Source: Felis catus | Lineage: Eukaryota | Direction of reading: 5' to 3' | Assembly (NCBI RefSeq): GCF_018350175.1 | Contig: NC_058368.1 | Coordinates: 47,308,001 to 47,372,000 of the forward strand | Length of the DNA: 64,000 bases | Shown here: positions 40,708-53,867 of the stretch, in pieces | How the letters are laid out: every line of letters begins with the position of its first letter | Numbering within the stretch: position 1 is the first letter of the stretch | The notes under the pieces: model-generated | Seen by the model: the letters and a program-made list of their open reading frames with translations, nothing else | What the model was told of the DNA's origin: nothing | The model's database searches: none | Made by a program: the position numbers and the translations under genes

Positions 40708-40932
40708 ATTTTTTTTTAATTTTTTTTTTCAACGTTTATTTATTTTTGGGACAGAGAGAGACAGAGCATGAACGGGCGAGAGGCAGAGAGGGAGGGAGAC
40801 ACAGAATCGGAAACAGGCTCCAGGCTCTGAGCCATCAGCCCAGAGCCCGACGCGGGGCTCGAACTCACAGACCGCGAGATCGTGACCTGGCTGAAGTCGG
40901 ACGCTTAACCGACTGCGCCACCCAGGCGCCCC
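40708..40932 (-). mobile_element. Young felid Can-SINE (SINEC_Fc-like)
   Basis: CpG-intact; perfect TSD taaagtttccattttat. Confidence 0.98.
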
Positions 40933-41022
40933 TAAAGTTTCCATTTTATAAGCTAAAACCATCAAAACCTTCCATTTCTTATGATTTGCCTTAACTTTCT
41001 AAGGTCTAAAAGATGAACACGT

Positions 41023-41235
41023 GGGGACCCTAGGTGGCTCAGTAGGTTAAGGGTGCAATTCTGCTCATGTCATGATCTCCTAGTTCATGGGTTGGGGCCC
41101 TGCAAAGGCTCTGTGCTGACAGCTCAGAGCCTGGAGCCTGCTTGGGATTCCGGGTCTCCCTCTCTCTCTGCCCCTCCCCTGCTTGTGCTCTGTCTCTCTC
41201 TCATAAATAAATAAACATTAAAAAGAAAAATTTTT
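41023..41235 (+). mobile_element. Can-SINE (SINEC)
   Basis: TSD aaa(g/a)atgaaca(c/t)gt. Confidence 0.95.
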
Positions 41236-41253
41236 AAAAATGAACATGTTTCA

Positions 41254-41482
41254 GGCACCTGGGTGGTTCAGTGGGTTCAACATCTGATTCTGGATTTCAG
41301 CTCAGGTCATGATCTCACAGTTCATAAGTTCGAGCCTTGGGTCAGGCTCTGGCTGACAGTGCAGAGCGTGCTTGGAATTATCTGTCTCCCTCTCTCTCTC
41401 TCTGCTCCTCTCTCTCCAAAATAAATATACAAACATTTATAAATAAATAGATAAATAAGTACATAAATAAATAAAATAAAAA
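41254..41482 (+). mobile_element. Can-SINE (SINEC)
   Basis: TSD aaaaat(g/a)aacatgtttca. Confidence 0.95.
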
Positions 41483-42102
41483 AATAAACATGTTTCAAAA
41501 GCCATAGTGGTGGTTTTATTCAAAGGAGAATAGAGCAATATGTGATGAATCAGATCAATATACAAAAGCAATTGGGTAATTCAGGTAGAGTTCAGAATAA
41601 TATGCTCAGCGTAAATTATCTTGAGAAGTGCCTCAACATTATACGTTATTTTCTGTGTGCAGACACTGTTCTTACTGGTTAATTTCCTAAAGAATCAGAC
41701 CAAGTTCCAGTTTCCATCTGTTGATACTATCCTGTAAAAATCACTTGTGAATTTATACAAGAGAATGAAAAAAGTATGGTGTGGAATAACTATTTCACAC
41801 ACTTCAGCTGCATTAGGAATCATCAGTGGTATGCTCCAAAAGGCTGAAATAAAATATCTGTGTCATATGTGATATTCATTATTCATCTGTTTGTCTTAAT
41901 AAAAAATCTTTCTCATTTCAAAATTATTTTACTATGAAAGGTATGAGACATTGGATTTCTCAAAATGAGACATAACTTAATATCCTGAATGTAACCGAAA
42001 GAATGATCAAATATAGTAAAAATGTCTACATCCTTGTAATCTGTAATAGTTCTAATATGAAGCATGTGATTCTAATTTAACAAAAATTATAAAATAATTT
42101 TT

Positions 42103-42214
42103 CTCTTTTCTTTTCTTTTTTTTTAAGTAAGTTCTATGCCCAGTGTGGGGCTTGAACTCACAACCCCTAGACAAAGAGTCACACATTCTACCCACGGAGC
42201 CAGCCAGGTGCCCC
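42103..42214 (-). mobile_element. Short tRNA-derived Can-SINE lacking the (CT)n body
   Basis: Minus strand ggggcacctggctggctccgtgggtagaatgtgtgactct..gagttcaagccccac then A tail; TSD taaaataatttt. Confidence 0.88.
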
Positions 42215-43049
42215 TAAAATAATTTTCCTTTATATATTCTAGCACTACATATTTCAAACCAAAGTCTCACAAGTTTTACAATAATTTCAGTGTACTTTAG
42301 AAATTACCGAAAGATATATTTTTGGTAATTACTATATAGTACATTAAAGACATATTGCAAATTGTAATTTTTTTCTTTAACTTCCGTGATTCATTATTAT
42401 CCATTTGTAGTTTAGCTTATTATATATACTGTGTCCATAAGATATTAAAACCACATTTCAGCTAGAATATTCTGTGTTAAGACTATTCAATAAGACAGAT
42501 TTGCTTTTCTCTCATGTATTCTAAATTAATAAACTTTTACTAAATTGCCAAATGATTTCTGTACTATATGATCTTTGAATATTACTTACCTATCTATTAC
42601 CCTAGAGATGAACAATACAATATTCAAAATACTTAGTCCTTTAAAGCCAAGAGCTAACAAGCAAAAATCCTGCCTGACACTCAAGAAAACATGAGAAATC
42701 TGTCCGAAGGGAGAGAAGCTTTTGAGATACATGGATAGAAATCTGAGCAAGCCAGGCAGCGAAAAAAAGTCACTTCAGGTTTTGTCACTAGTGAAAACAT
42801 TTTTAGAACCATCAAGTGTTGCTAACTTAGAAAGGGGAAAGAGTATGCTAAGGAATTGAAAACAAATCTAACCTTTTGAAAAACAAACTATTTCTAAAGA
42901 GGTGATATTTTCTAAAACTCACATTTTAAACTTTCAGTAGGTATTATATATATTTTTCGGACATTTTTATATATCTCCTGCTTGCTGTTTCACTGGATTT
43001 TAAAATTGTAAGCATGATGGAGACAAGAGACCTGTGTTACTTCCACTTA

Positions 43050-43305
43050 GAGGCAGTAAGAGCAGGTTGTGATCTCCAAGCTGTCATTCCCCATCAGCAG
43101 TGATCATAAAGGCCACAGTTGAGACGGCAGAACCATAAAACAAAAGAACTGTAGATCCCTGGGTCACTTCATGGAGAAAAGCCACTCTGGAGCATCAGCC
43201 TGACCTTGTAATTTGCAAGAAGAAGAAATAAATCTTGTTGCGTTGGGTCACTAACTTTTCAAGGTTTCTTTGTTACCGCAGCAACGCCTAGCCTATCTTG
43301 ACAGC
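43050..43305 (+). mobile_element. MLT1-type (MaLR) LTR 3' portion
   Basis: gaaataaatcttgttgcgttgggtcacta..tttgttaccgcagcaacgcctagcctatcttgac. Confidence 0.65.
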
Positions 43306-44114
43306 ACTCTGTCTTACAAGCTAGACAACTCAGAGCCGTTCTCCATTTCTCCCTCTTACCCCCTCACCACATCAAATCAATCCACACGTTTATTTAGCTT
43401 CTCTGCAACTGTGTTAAATTCTGTATCTGTTCTACTAAATTCAACTATGTTCTAAGCACCAAGAATACAACGACAAATAAGATAGAAGCATACATGTTTG
43501 TGGATGAAACAGAAAAATAAATGGAACCCAATGAGATTGGGTGCAGTAATCGGAGTTGGAACAGCAGCAGCCCAAAAGAAGAGATCATACTTTTAATGAC
43601 TCACATGAGGCTTCCCGGAGCAGAAAATGTTTAAGTAGTGTCTGAAAAGATGGATAAAAACACCATCCCCACAGTCCCTGTTTAGCCAGGCCCTGTCTCA
43701 GACTTGGACTGTTACAATAGCCTAACTGAGTGCCCTGTCTTCAGATTCCTCCTGCCCTCCACTTTCCCACACATCAATCTTCCCAAATGCAAGTAGGTTG
43801 TTTTCCTACAGCTCAAAACCAACAGGGCCACTCACTGCCCAAAAGCATTCCACTGTTTACCTTTCCATCCCCTTTCCTACAACACCTCCTTTTGTGCTCA
43901 CCACAGAAAACGTTTCATCTTTCCTTGAACACCCCAAGCTTTCCACACCTGGCTGCTTAGTATCCTTTTGCTCTCTGACATGATGGAGCACCTCCCCTTT
44001 CCTTTCTGTGCTTTGGCAAACTGCTACGATAAAGCATTTCCTGGCACAAATCTGGCAGAATGAATCACACCTTCTGCTCATGCTCTGCAAATTTATCTGC
44101 TCTAATACTAATAA

Positions 44115-44372
44115 TAACTAATATTTATTGAGAACTTCCTTTTTGTCAGGCACTTAAGCACTTTCTACATAGATTGTTTTATTCAATTCCCACAAAAGGC
44201 CTATGAGGTAGCTATGATTATTATATCCCTTTTACAAATGAGGAAACTGAGGCTTGGCCTGAGTAGTGAGTCCAAATTGTTACACAGCCGGGAAGTGATA
44301 GAACCGGCAGCGTAAGAGCCGACCACAGTTGCACAGTTGGGTTCGAGATTCGTACACTTAACCACTACGCTT
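44115..44372 (-). mobile_element. MIR SINE
   Basis: aatatttattgag..tttacaaatgaggaaactgaggc..cttaaccactacg. Confidence 0.88.
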
Positions 44373-44744
44373 CTTGATCCCTATTCAGGTGAAAAGTGCT
44401 TTGGTCCCATACACTGACTTAACCTCCAGCGTCTTCTCCTACCTTTTCCATTGTACACTAACTGACCTGTATGCTCTAGGCAAACACATGCTTAGCCTGT
44501 TATTCCTCCAGGACGAAAGACCCTTCTGCATTTTAGTTGTCCAGTTCACACTGCTCATTGGTCGCATGTCAACCCCGGCACCCTCTTTTCTCAGTTCCCC
44601 ATGGTGAACGCCTCCCCCAGCATTCACTGCTTCCCACACGACATTTCTACTATCGCACAGACCACCTTGGGCCCTGGCGGTCCATCAGACGCTCTCTCCC
44701 CCAACCCCCTCATTCCTGCAGGGCTGCTAGAGGACCAACTTGAC

Positions 44745-44830
44745 TCTCAGTCTCAGTCCCCAGCACCTGGCTAAGTGTCTGGCACACAATAAGTGCTCAG
44801 CAAATGTTTCTGAGAGAACGAATGAATGAT
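44745..44830 (+). mobile_element. L2 3' end
   Basis: cccagcacctggctaagtgtctggcacacaataagtgctcagcaaatgttt..gaatgaatga. Confidence 0.8.
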
Positions 44831-45234
44831 GTAGGTTTCGTTATCCACATTTTATCACCATTAAAAATTTGGTCCTCCAAATTATTAATTTTTTATTTTT
44901 GAATGAAGGACATTCTGTCCCTTCTTAATAACTTCCTAATGAAAGATTCAATTTGTGAGTTATGCGATCCCATTCATATTATATTTCTGAATTCATTATT
45001 TATTTCTCTCATATATGTATGAGCAGATATATATTACAGAAAATTAAAGCTCCAAAGTGAGAGTTAAAGTGACATTTTCTCCGAAACTTTTTATTTCAAC
45101 ACTTAAATTCCAAGAATTAAAATGCAATCTTAAAATGCGATGCTTCCAATCTTTCCTAAAGAGTTCAAAAAACACCTGACGAATAATAACACAATAAGAA
45201 TGGTTGAAGGTTATTAAGCGCATTATGTGTAACA

Positions 45235-45395
45235 ATATCTATTTTCATGTTTTACATGAAGTAGCTCATGTACTCCTCACAGCAACTTTATGATGTTATG
45301 TGTTCTTATTACACTTATTTGACAGATGAGGAAACTGAGGCCCTTGAGACTAAGTCACTTATTTAAGGTCACACAGCTAGTGAAAACAGGACAGG
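45235..45395 (-). mobile_element. MIR SINE
   Basis: acagatgaggaaactgaggc..aaggtcacacagctagt. Confidence 0.85.
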
Positions 45396-46421
45396 AAGAC
45401 TGTTTTCATCTCCCATTCGAGTATTTTAAAGGAGATGATGTCTTAAATGTTGATATTTACACTGCCAAACAAACTAACAGGAATGAGAATGTAAGTAACC
45501 TATATTTGGGATATGAGAGTCTTATAGGGTGATAAGAGGCCCTCACACGTTGTCTTTGATTTTAATTGCACATCCCTATGATGCTTTGGCAAAATGTAAT
45601 ACACTTCATGAATTAGCCCTCTCCCCTCCAGTCTGGGTGTGAAAAGGTAGATTTGTAAATTGATTTCCCTCTTACTCCTGCTTCAATATTCATATTGCTT
45701 AAGGCTTTTACTAACTGATGGACCTTATAGAGTTTATATAAAGGGGTTCAGGAGGCCCAAGACCTCATAGTCAATTTTATTATTTTGTTGATCACTTAAA
45801 ATTATGGCTGTTCACAGATTGCACATACACAGTACAGCCTCTGATATTGTCTTCAAAGGCCTTATCGTCTGGCAAGGGAAATAAATAACTAGAATGCAAG
45901 ACAGAAAAGCATGCAATGCCATGTAACACATACAGAGAATAGCTAAATGAAACTAAAAGAGGGAGTAAGTATTTATACTTTTAGTGAAACAAGTAGAATT
46001 TGAGTTGGAATTTGAAGGAGGAGGAGAATTTCAACAAGTTATAATATGGAAAATGCAAATCTGGCCAAGGACAAAAGGATGGAAACAGAAGCCATTCAGA
46101 TGAGCTGAGGAATGGAAAATGTGTTAAGAGAAGCACTAGAAAGCAAGAAAAGATGTTCTTCGAGACCCATTTATAGGGTCTTGAATAACAGCTAAGGAAT
46201 TGAATGGAATTATTTAGGAATTGAGAAATCAATGAAGGCTTCAAGAATATATTTTCTTGCAAAAATGCCAAATAGAAAGAAGAAGAGAGAAGTTAGAGAT
46301 TAGATATTGTAAGGCTATTGCAATGCATCAAACTAATAGATAATAAGGACTTAAAAGGAATAGGGTGAAAAGGACAAATTCAGAAGATGGTATGAAAGAG
46401 AAGCTATTAAGACCCACAACA

Positions 46422-46598
46422 GGAACACCTGGGTGGTTCAGTCAGTTAAGCATCTGACTCTTGATTTCAGCCCAATTCATGATCTCACAGTTTGATCTCA
46501 CAGTTCCTGAGTTCAAGTTCCACAGAAGGCTCTGTGCTCTCTTCAGCGAGTGCGCTCTCTCTCTCTCTCTCTCTCAAAATAAATAAATAAACTTAAAA
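46422..46598 (+). mobile_element. Can-SINE (internally rearranged)
   Basis: Tandem tgatctcacagtt x2; TSD aagac(c/t)cacaaca. Confidence 0.93.
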
Positions 46599-47437
46599 AA
46601 AGACTCACAACAAATTACATATGGTGACAAAACACTCAAGGTTTAAACCCTTTTTGGCCTTGGTACTATTGGTGGTTTTATCCAAAATAGAAAACACGAC
46701 AGCAAAATAAAGCTCTAGGGGAAGGGTGACTTCCACATGTGGACATGTTACAGGCTGTGGGTCAGAAACTGTCCAATGGGGATACCTAACAGGCAGGATG
46801 AGAATTCAGAAGAGCTGGCACCAGCCCACATGCCTGTCTAACTCATTCTGAAAGATGGAGTGGTTTGAACCCATGAGATTTGAACAAAAGTCTAAATAAG
46901 GAAAGGCACTAAGTATAATGTGGACATTAAGGGAAAAAACAAACTCCAGAAAAAGAGAAAACCACACTGTAGAGGACAGTTATGAAAAACAAGGAGACAA
47001 ACTGTAGACAAGAGCGTCAAGTTTTACAAAACCATCTGGGAGAATGATAACCAAGAGAAGACTGAAATGAGATGCTGACCAATAGGACATGAGGACAAGA
47101 CATAATCTGAGGCTGTCCTGCAGACCAGGACATGTGGCCACTCTAATTATAACTGACAATGTAACTGGTGAATGTTAAGAGATTTTATACTCAACAAAAT
47201 CATGAGATGTTTAGTAGCAGAGACTGTTACCTAGGCTCTGTTACAATGCTCTTTCCCATTACGTAGCCCTGAAAGAAGATAAAAATACAGAAATAGGAGA
47301 AAATTATGTGAGGACTAAGAAATCAACATGAACTGTTTTAAAAACAAGAAGGAAATTAAAAATGTATTCCTTCAGCGGAAAGGTATCTAGTGGTTCTTAT
47401 ATGTAAGACTGTGGATGATACAAATTAATATAAAAAG

Positions 47438-48190
47438 TTTATTCCTAAGTATTTTGCTATTTTAACACTTTTTTAAGTGGGATTTTTCTTAATTTCCTTC
47501 TTGGATAGCTCACTTTTAATGTTTAAAAAAAGGAAACTGATTTTTGAATGTTGATTTTGTATCTTTGTAATTTTATTTAATATCTTTATTAGTTCTAATA
47601 GTTTTTTGTAAAATATTTAGGGTTTTCTACAAATAAGATCATGTCATCTACAAAGAGAAACCATTTTAATTCTTCTTTCCTAAGTTGGATAATGTTTATT
47701 CCTTTTCCTTACCTAACTGCTCTGGCTAAGACTTTCCAGGACTACATGAAATAGAAGTGGTGAGAGTGAACATTCTTACCTTGTTCTGCATCTTAAAGGA
47801 GGGCTTTCCATTTTCACCAAGTATGATGCTAGTTGTGGGCTTTTCATATATGGCCTTTATTGTGTTGGGGTATGTTCCTTCTATACCTAATTTGTTAAGA
47901 TTTTTTTTATCCTGAAATGGTGTTGAATTCTTTCAAATGCTTTTTCTGCATCTATTGAGATGATTATGTGATTTTTATCCATCATTCTGTTAATATGGTA
48001 TTTCACAATGATTTTTGCATGTTGAACTATCCATGAATCCCAGGGATAAATCCCATTTGGTCATGGTGTATGATCCTTTTAATATGTTGTTGAATCCTCT
48101 TTGCTAATACATTATTAAGTATTTTTGCATCTATGTTCACCAGGTATATTGGTCTATAGTTTTCTTTTCTTGTGACAGCTTTGTCTGACT
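47438..48190 (-). mobile_element. Inverted 5' segment of an old L1 (ORF2 RT region)
   Basis: Antisense ORF2: gatcatgtcatctacaaag (reverse of the FxDDMI codons), tagaagtggtgagagt, atcccagggataaatccca. Confidence 0.92.
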
Positions 48191-48903
48191 TTTAACCAAG
48201 GAGGTGAAAGACTTGTACACTGAAAACTACAAATCAGTAATAAAAAATTTTTAAAAAGACACAAATAGATGGCAAGACATCCTTTCTACATGAATTGGAA
48301 AATATTGTATTGTCAAAATGTCTATACTACCCAATGCAATCCACAGATTCAGTGAAATCTCTATCAAAATCCCAGTGGGCTGTTTTTAGAAATAGAAACA
48401 ACGGTCTTAAAATTCATATGGAATGACAAAAGATCCTGAATAGCCAAGGAAATTTTGAGCAAGAACAAAGCTGAAAGCATCACATTTCCTGACTTCAACA
48501 TATATTACAAAGCTATAGAAATCAAAACAATATGGTACTGGCATAAAAGCAGACATATAAACCAATGAAGCCAGAAATAAACCCTCACATTTATGGTCAA
48601 CTGATTTTCAACAAGGGTGCCAATAATACACAATGGGAAAGATAGGTTCTTCAATAAATGGTGTTGGAAAATCTGGCTATCCACATGCAAAAGAATAAAA
48701 TTGGACCCTTATGCAAAAATCAATTTAAAATGGATTAAAGACTTAAACTGTAAAACTCCTAGAAGAAAAGATAAGTAAAAATCTTTCTTATCTTGATATT
48801 GACTTTGGCAATGATTTATTGAAAAACAAAGGCATTAAAAGTAAATATAGACATATGGGATAGAGATACTACCTCACACCTGTTCAGGTGGCTATTACCA
48901 AAA

Positions 48904-48951
<48 letters not shown>

Positions 48952-49798
48952 TAAGTGTTGGTGAGTTTGTGGAGAAAAGGGAACCCTTATACACTACTGG
49001 TGTAAATGTAAATTGGCATATCTAGTATGGACAACTATATGAAGTTCCCTCAAAAAATTAAAAATAGACCCACCACATGATCCACCAATCCCACTTCTGG
49101 GTATATATCAAAAGGAATTGAAATCAGGCTCTTGAAGAGATATAACATAAGGATTCCCATATTTATTGCAGCATTATTCACAATAACCAAAATATGGGAA
49201 CAACCTAAATGACCATAAATGGATAAAGAAACTATAGTATTTCGTTACATATAATGGAGTACTACTCAGCCTTGAAAAAGAAGGAAATCCTACCATTTGC
49301 AACAGCATAAGTAAATCTGGAGAACACAACACTAAGTGAAATAAGCCAGACATAAAAGGACAAATACTACGTACATGATCCCACTTGTATGAGGCATCTG
49401 AATGAGTCAAACTCATAAAAGCAGAGAGTGAAATGGTGGTTACCATAGTTGGGAGGGACAGGACGAGATGAATAACCATTGGCCAAAAGGTACAAGTTTC
49501 ATTTATGGAAGGTGAATAAGTCCTAGAGATCAGCAGTGCCTTATAGCCCTATTGTTAACAATATACTGTATTATATACTTGAAATATTTATGTAGAGGAT
49601 AGATATAATAAGCATTTTTACCACAGAAATAAATTAAAAGGATAAGAAGAAACTTTTAGAGTTGCTGCATATATTTATGGCATTGATCGTGATGCTGGTT
49701 TAACATGTATATACTTCTCTCTAAACTCATCAAGTTGTATACCTTAAATACCTACAGCTTTTTGTATGTCAATCATACCTCACTAAAGTGTTTTTTTT
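48191..49798 (+). mobile_element. Sense 3' segment of the same L1 (L1MA/MB-like)
   Basis: taaccaaggaggtgaaagacttgtacactgaaaactac through the 3' UTR; internal (GA)n; degenerate TSD aatta(at/ga)ataaaaagt around the whole unit. Confidence 0.93.
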
Positions 49799-49874
49799 AA
49801 TTAGAATAAAAAGTAGAATAAATAGAATAAAAAGCCCTTGAGGAGCTCGTTATCTAATCAGACAAAGGATGTTT

Positions 49875-50238
49875 TAAACTAAGCTCATAGATGCAGAGAA
49901 CAGATTGGTGGGTTCCAGAGGCAGGAGTTGGGTGACATGGGTGAAGGGAGCCAAAATTACAGACTTCCAGTTGTAAAATAAATAAGTCAGGTGATTATGT
50001 ACAGCACGGTGACTAGAGTTAATAATACTATATTTCATATTTGAAAGGTGCTGAGAGAATAGATCTTTCAAGTTCTCATCAAAAGAAAAAAAATTCTACA
50101 ACTATGCGTAGTGATGGGTGTTAACTAGACTTACTGTGTGATCATTTTGCAAAATATATACATACAAATATCAAATCATTATGTTGTATACCTGAAACTA
50201 ATATAATGTATGTCAATTATACCTCAATTTAAAAAAAA
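49875..50238 (+). mobile_element. L1 3' UTR fragment (L1MA9/L1_Carn-like)
   Basis: aagctcatagatgcagagaacagattggtg..tacctgaaactaatataatgtatgtcaattatacctcaatt plus A tail. Confidence 0.88.
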
Positions 50239-52985
50239 GAATGTGTTTATAATTAGCAACATGAAAGGCCTTTAAACAAGATACAGGAGCTTTAAATTGA
50301 TTGAGGAATTGAATGAAAGAGAAAAGAGATTTTTTTTTAGAATTGTCATCCAAGCACTAAAGAACACATTTGAAATAAAGATGACAGTAGGCTCCTCTAA
50401 AAGAGAAAAGTCTTACTTGAGCCAGATGAGATACACAAGAGAATCTTAAAGGATGTATATGCTACATTAGCTTGACTTAAACATGTTCTTGTATTTTCAT
50501 CATAAACAATAGCAAAAACAGTATCATCGGCATCCACTGTCATGAGAGCATCTGATCTATGACATAGAAACTACTTAAGTATTTGAACATTTAGCTGCAT
50601 ACAACCATGAAGCCCAAAATATGACTTGAAAATATTAGGATATTTACATTTAAGAACAATCCTCTGCAAGTGATTTAAATAACCTGAGAGCTAACAATGA
50701 CTGTTCATATGACAGAATTGACCAGATTTTAGAATGTATCAGTGAAACTCGCGTAACCACTGACGGTGAAAAGTAACAACCCCTAAATGACTAAAGATCT
50801 CTAATGAAAAAAATTAATGACATGAAAATAAATGGAGTGGGCAAAAATGCTTCAAACTCTCCAGACTTATTTTGAAGAAGCATTAGCAAATAAATTAAGT
50901 GGTCAGTAAATAAATCTGGGATGCAAAGTAGCAATGCAAATAACAATCCATTTCTTATAATTAAAGCTTAGCTAAACTATCATTTGGCCACAATGATAAT
51001 TTTTTATAGAACTATAAATATCAACAAAGGATTTGTAGAGAAAAATTGCCTTGCAGCATTTTTAGAAAAATTAATGCATATCCAATATTGATCTCGATTT
51101 GTGCATGTTAAACTGTGCCTCCTCAAGTAAAATATTCTTGGAGAAGTCAATAATATGCCATAATCTCATATGACACTAATAAAATAACACAAATGACAAT
51201 TCATTTTTGTTTACTTGTCTATGACTTAATGGATAAATTTTGTTAAAAGAGGAAGCTAGAAATTGGTGCATAGTAGGCATATTTATAAAGCAATTGTTAT
51301 TGATTTTTTTTTTTTGGTCACTTTCAAATTCTTTCCTGGAAAGTATTTTTATAGCTGCTGATATATGTTATGAATTTCAGGAGCCCAAAGCCACATATAT
51401 TAGGTAGTTTTTTTGTTGTTCACTATGATATAACAAAGTAATAGTCTTGCCAATGAAGTCCAAGGAAGCTAAAATCATGCAAAACTGTGCCATTCTAGTG
51501 ACTTTATATGTAACACTAATTCCATTTACTCAAAATTACTGAAATTAATAACACTAAAGCTCTTATACTCCAGGGATAGTAGTAAGGGAAAAGGATAACT
51601 GAGCAGTGAGATAGCTGAGTGAAGTCTGAGATTCAAAGAAATATACAGAGTGAGGTAGAACTATTTTCCATCTAATCCACCTTTGCCATTCATCGAATAT
51701 GAGAATGAATCAAATATGAGAATTAAAAGCAGGTGTGCCCAGTACACCAATGAAATTCGCAGTAACTAATTTGTAAGAGAAAATACAAACTCGCTGGCTA
51801 TTTCCTAGGCATCATTCAAACTTTTGGAAAGATACCTAAACTCTTTCAAGGCACTAACACTTAGGCTCTTGCAGAAACGTTATAGTAACAGTTAAGGTGC
51901 CACTTGAACCCAAACACTTAGAGCCCAGAAGTGCCTTGGTCAATAAGAATTCCTCCAAGGCATGCTTTCTCTGGAGAAAATACTGTTGGACCAACAGTTT
52001 GAGTTTGGTAATATTATATACACAACTGAAACGTTAACCAGGGTGGTAACTTAGGTGAAAGATCAGTTGTTGAAAAAAAATTGTTAAAATTGGCTCACTA
52101 TGTAACAATAAGACTTAAAAATAAGAGGAAAGTCCCACCCCTTTTTGCTTTACTGGGTCTCACAGACAAAGAGAAAAATTCAAATTGGTAAAGTAGTTAT
52201 TCAAATTAGTATATCTTTTCATCATCATATAAAAAGTGGTACTCAAAAAAAAATGAATTATAGACCTAAGTATGAAAAACAAAACTATAAAATTTCTAAG
52301 AGAAAATTTAGGAAAAAAAATCTTTGTGACCTTGGGTTCAGTTACAAAGATTTCTTAGATATGACACCAGAAGTATGAATTATAAAAGAAAAAATTGAGA
52401 AATTTGACTTCCTTTGAATTAAAATCTTGTACTCTTTGAAAGACACTGTTAAGCGAAGGAAAAAACAAATCATAGACCTGGAGAAAATATTTGCAAAGCA
52501 TATATTTGATAAAGGACTTTTGTCTAGAATATATTAAAAATTCTTAAAACAATAACAAGAAAACAACCCAATTTTGCACAACAAAGGAAACCATTAACAA
52601 AACATAAAAGCAATCTCATGAATAAGAGAAGATATTTGCAAATGATATATCTGATAAAGGGTTAGTATCCAAAATACATAAAGAACTCAAACAACTCAAC
52701 ACCAAAAAAACAAATTATCCAATTAAAAGTGGGCAGAAGACCTGAATAGACATTTTTCCAAAGACGACATACAGATGGCCAACAGACACACGAAAGATGC
52801 TCAATTATCAGAGAAATACAAATGAAAACCAAAATGAGATAACACTTTACACCAGTCAGTATGGCTAGTATCAAAAAAACAAGAAATAACAAGTGTTGGC
52901 GAAGATGTGGAGAAGACGGAACCTCATGCACCATTGGTGGGAAGACACATTGGTACAGCCACTGTGGAAAACAGTACAGAGGTTC

Positions 52986-53649
52986 TGGAACAGCACTCCA
53001 GCTGGTCTTAAGAGTTGACTTCCTTCAAAAGTTAACTTGCTGATCTAAGGCCCTTGATCTGTAACAGAACTAATTTACCTTCTTCTAGATTTGCAGACCA
53101 CTGGCCTTGGGGAATGAAGGACCAGAATGTTCCCAGGAAACAGAGGCCAACAAGTCTGTTTGAGGCTGCCGTGGCTTTCTGATTAGCCCAGCAATTTTTT
53201 TGACAAAATATTTTTCTTTTTTAAGGTCACACAAATGACCTCCCTTAGTGCATCTGTAGACTTTCCCCACCTTTGCAGAAAGAACAGAATTTTCTGGCCT
53301 GAGCCCTAGGCACTAAGGAACGATACCCTCTTGCACAACCTGTCCCTAGATATCAAGGAACTGGAACTTTTTGCACAACCTCTGAACAACACCACGATAA
53401 CTCTGTAGCTGGCATCATGGAATCTGCCAATAATCAAGAAATGTCACAGACCATTGCACTCCCTTAACTGATTAAACCCTTTTAAAAACCCCTGGGCCAG
53501 GCAGAAACCCCAGAGTTGGCCTTTGGACAAGAGTCTACCTTCTCCGCAGGTTTTCAGCATCCTCAATAAAGCTCAAACTCCTTTCCAATCAAAACTCTTG
53601 AGTATTAGCTTTTCAAGTGATGGGCATCCAAACGTGGGTTCAGTAATGA
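52986..53649 (+). mobile_element. Solo LTR (ERV1-like, ~660 bp)
   Basis: Non-L1 block splitting L1 gaggttc|ctcaaaaaatt; begins tg, TATA-like ttttaaaaacccc near 53480, aataaa near 53565, ends ggttcagtaa. Confidence 0.75.
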
Positions 53650-53858
53650 TTTCTCAAAAAATTAAAAATAAAAATATACCATATGACTCAGTAATTCCAC
53701 TTCTAGGTACTTATCCAAAAAACAAAAACACTAATTGGAAAAAATATACACACCCTTCTGCTTATTGCAGTATTATTTACAATAGCCAAGATATGGAAGC
53801 AACCAAAGTGTTCATCAACAGATAAATGGATAAAGAAGATGTGGTAGGGGGGAGGAGC

Positions 53859-53867
53859 CAAGATGGC
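53859..53867 (+). promoter_or_regulatory. YY1 motif at the start of the L1 internal promoter
   Basis: caagatggc about 13 nt into the element, as is typical for mammalian L1. Confidence 0.7.

Noticed and set aside
42103..42214. tRNA gene
   Set aside because: The tRNA-like head has an A tail and TSD and is diverged, so it is a retroposed SINE.
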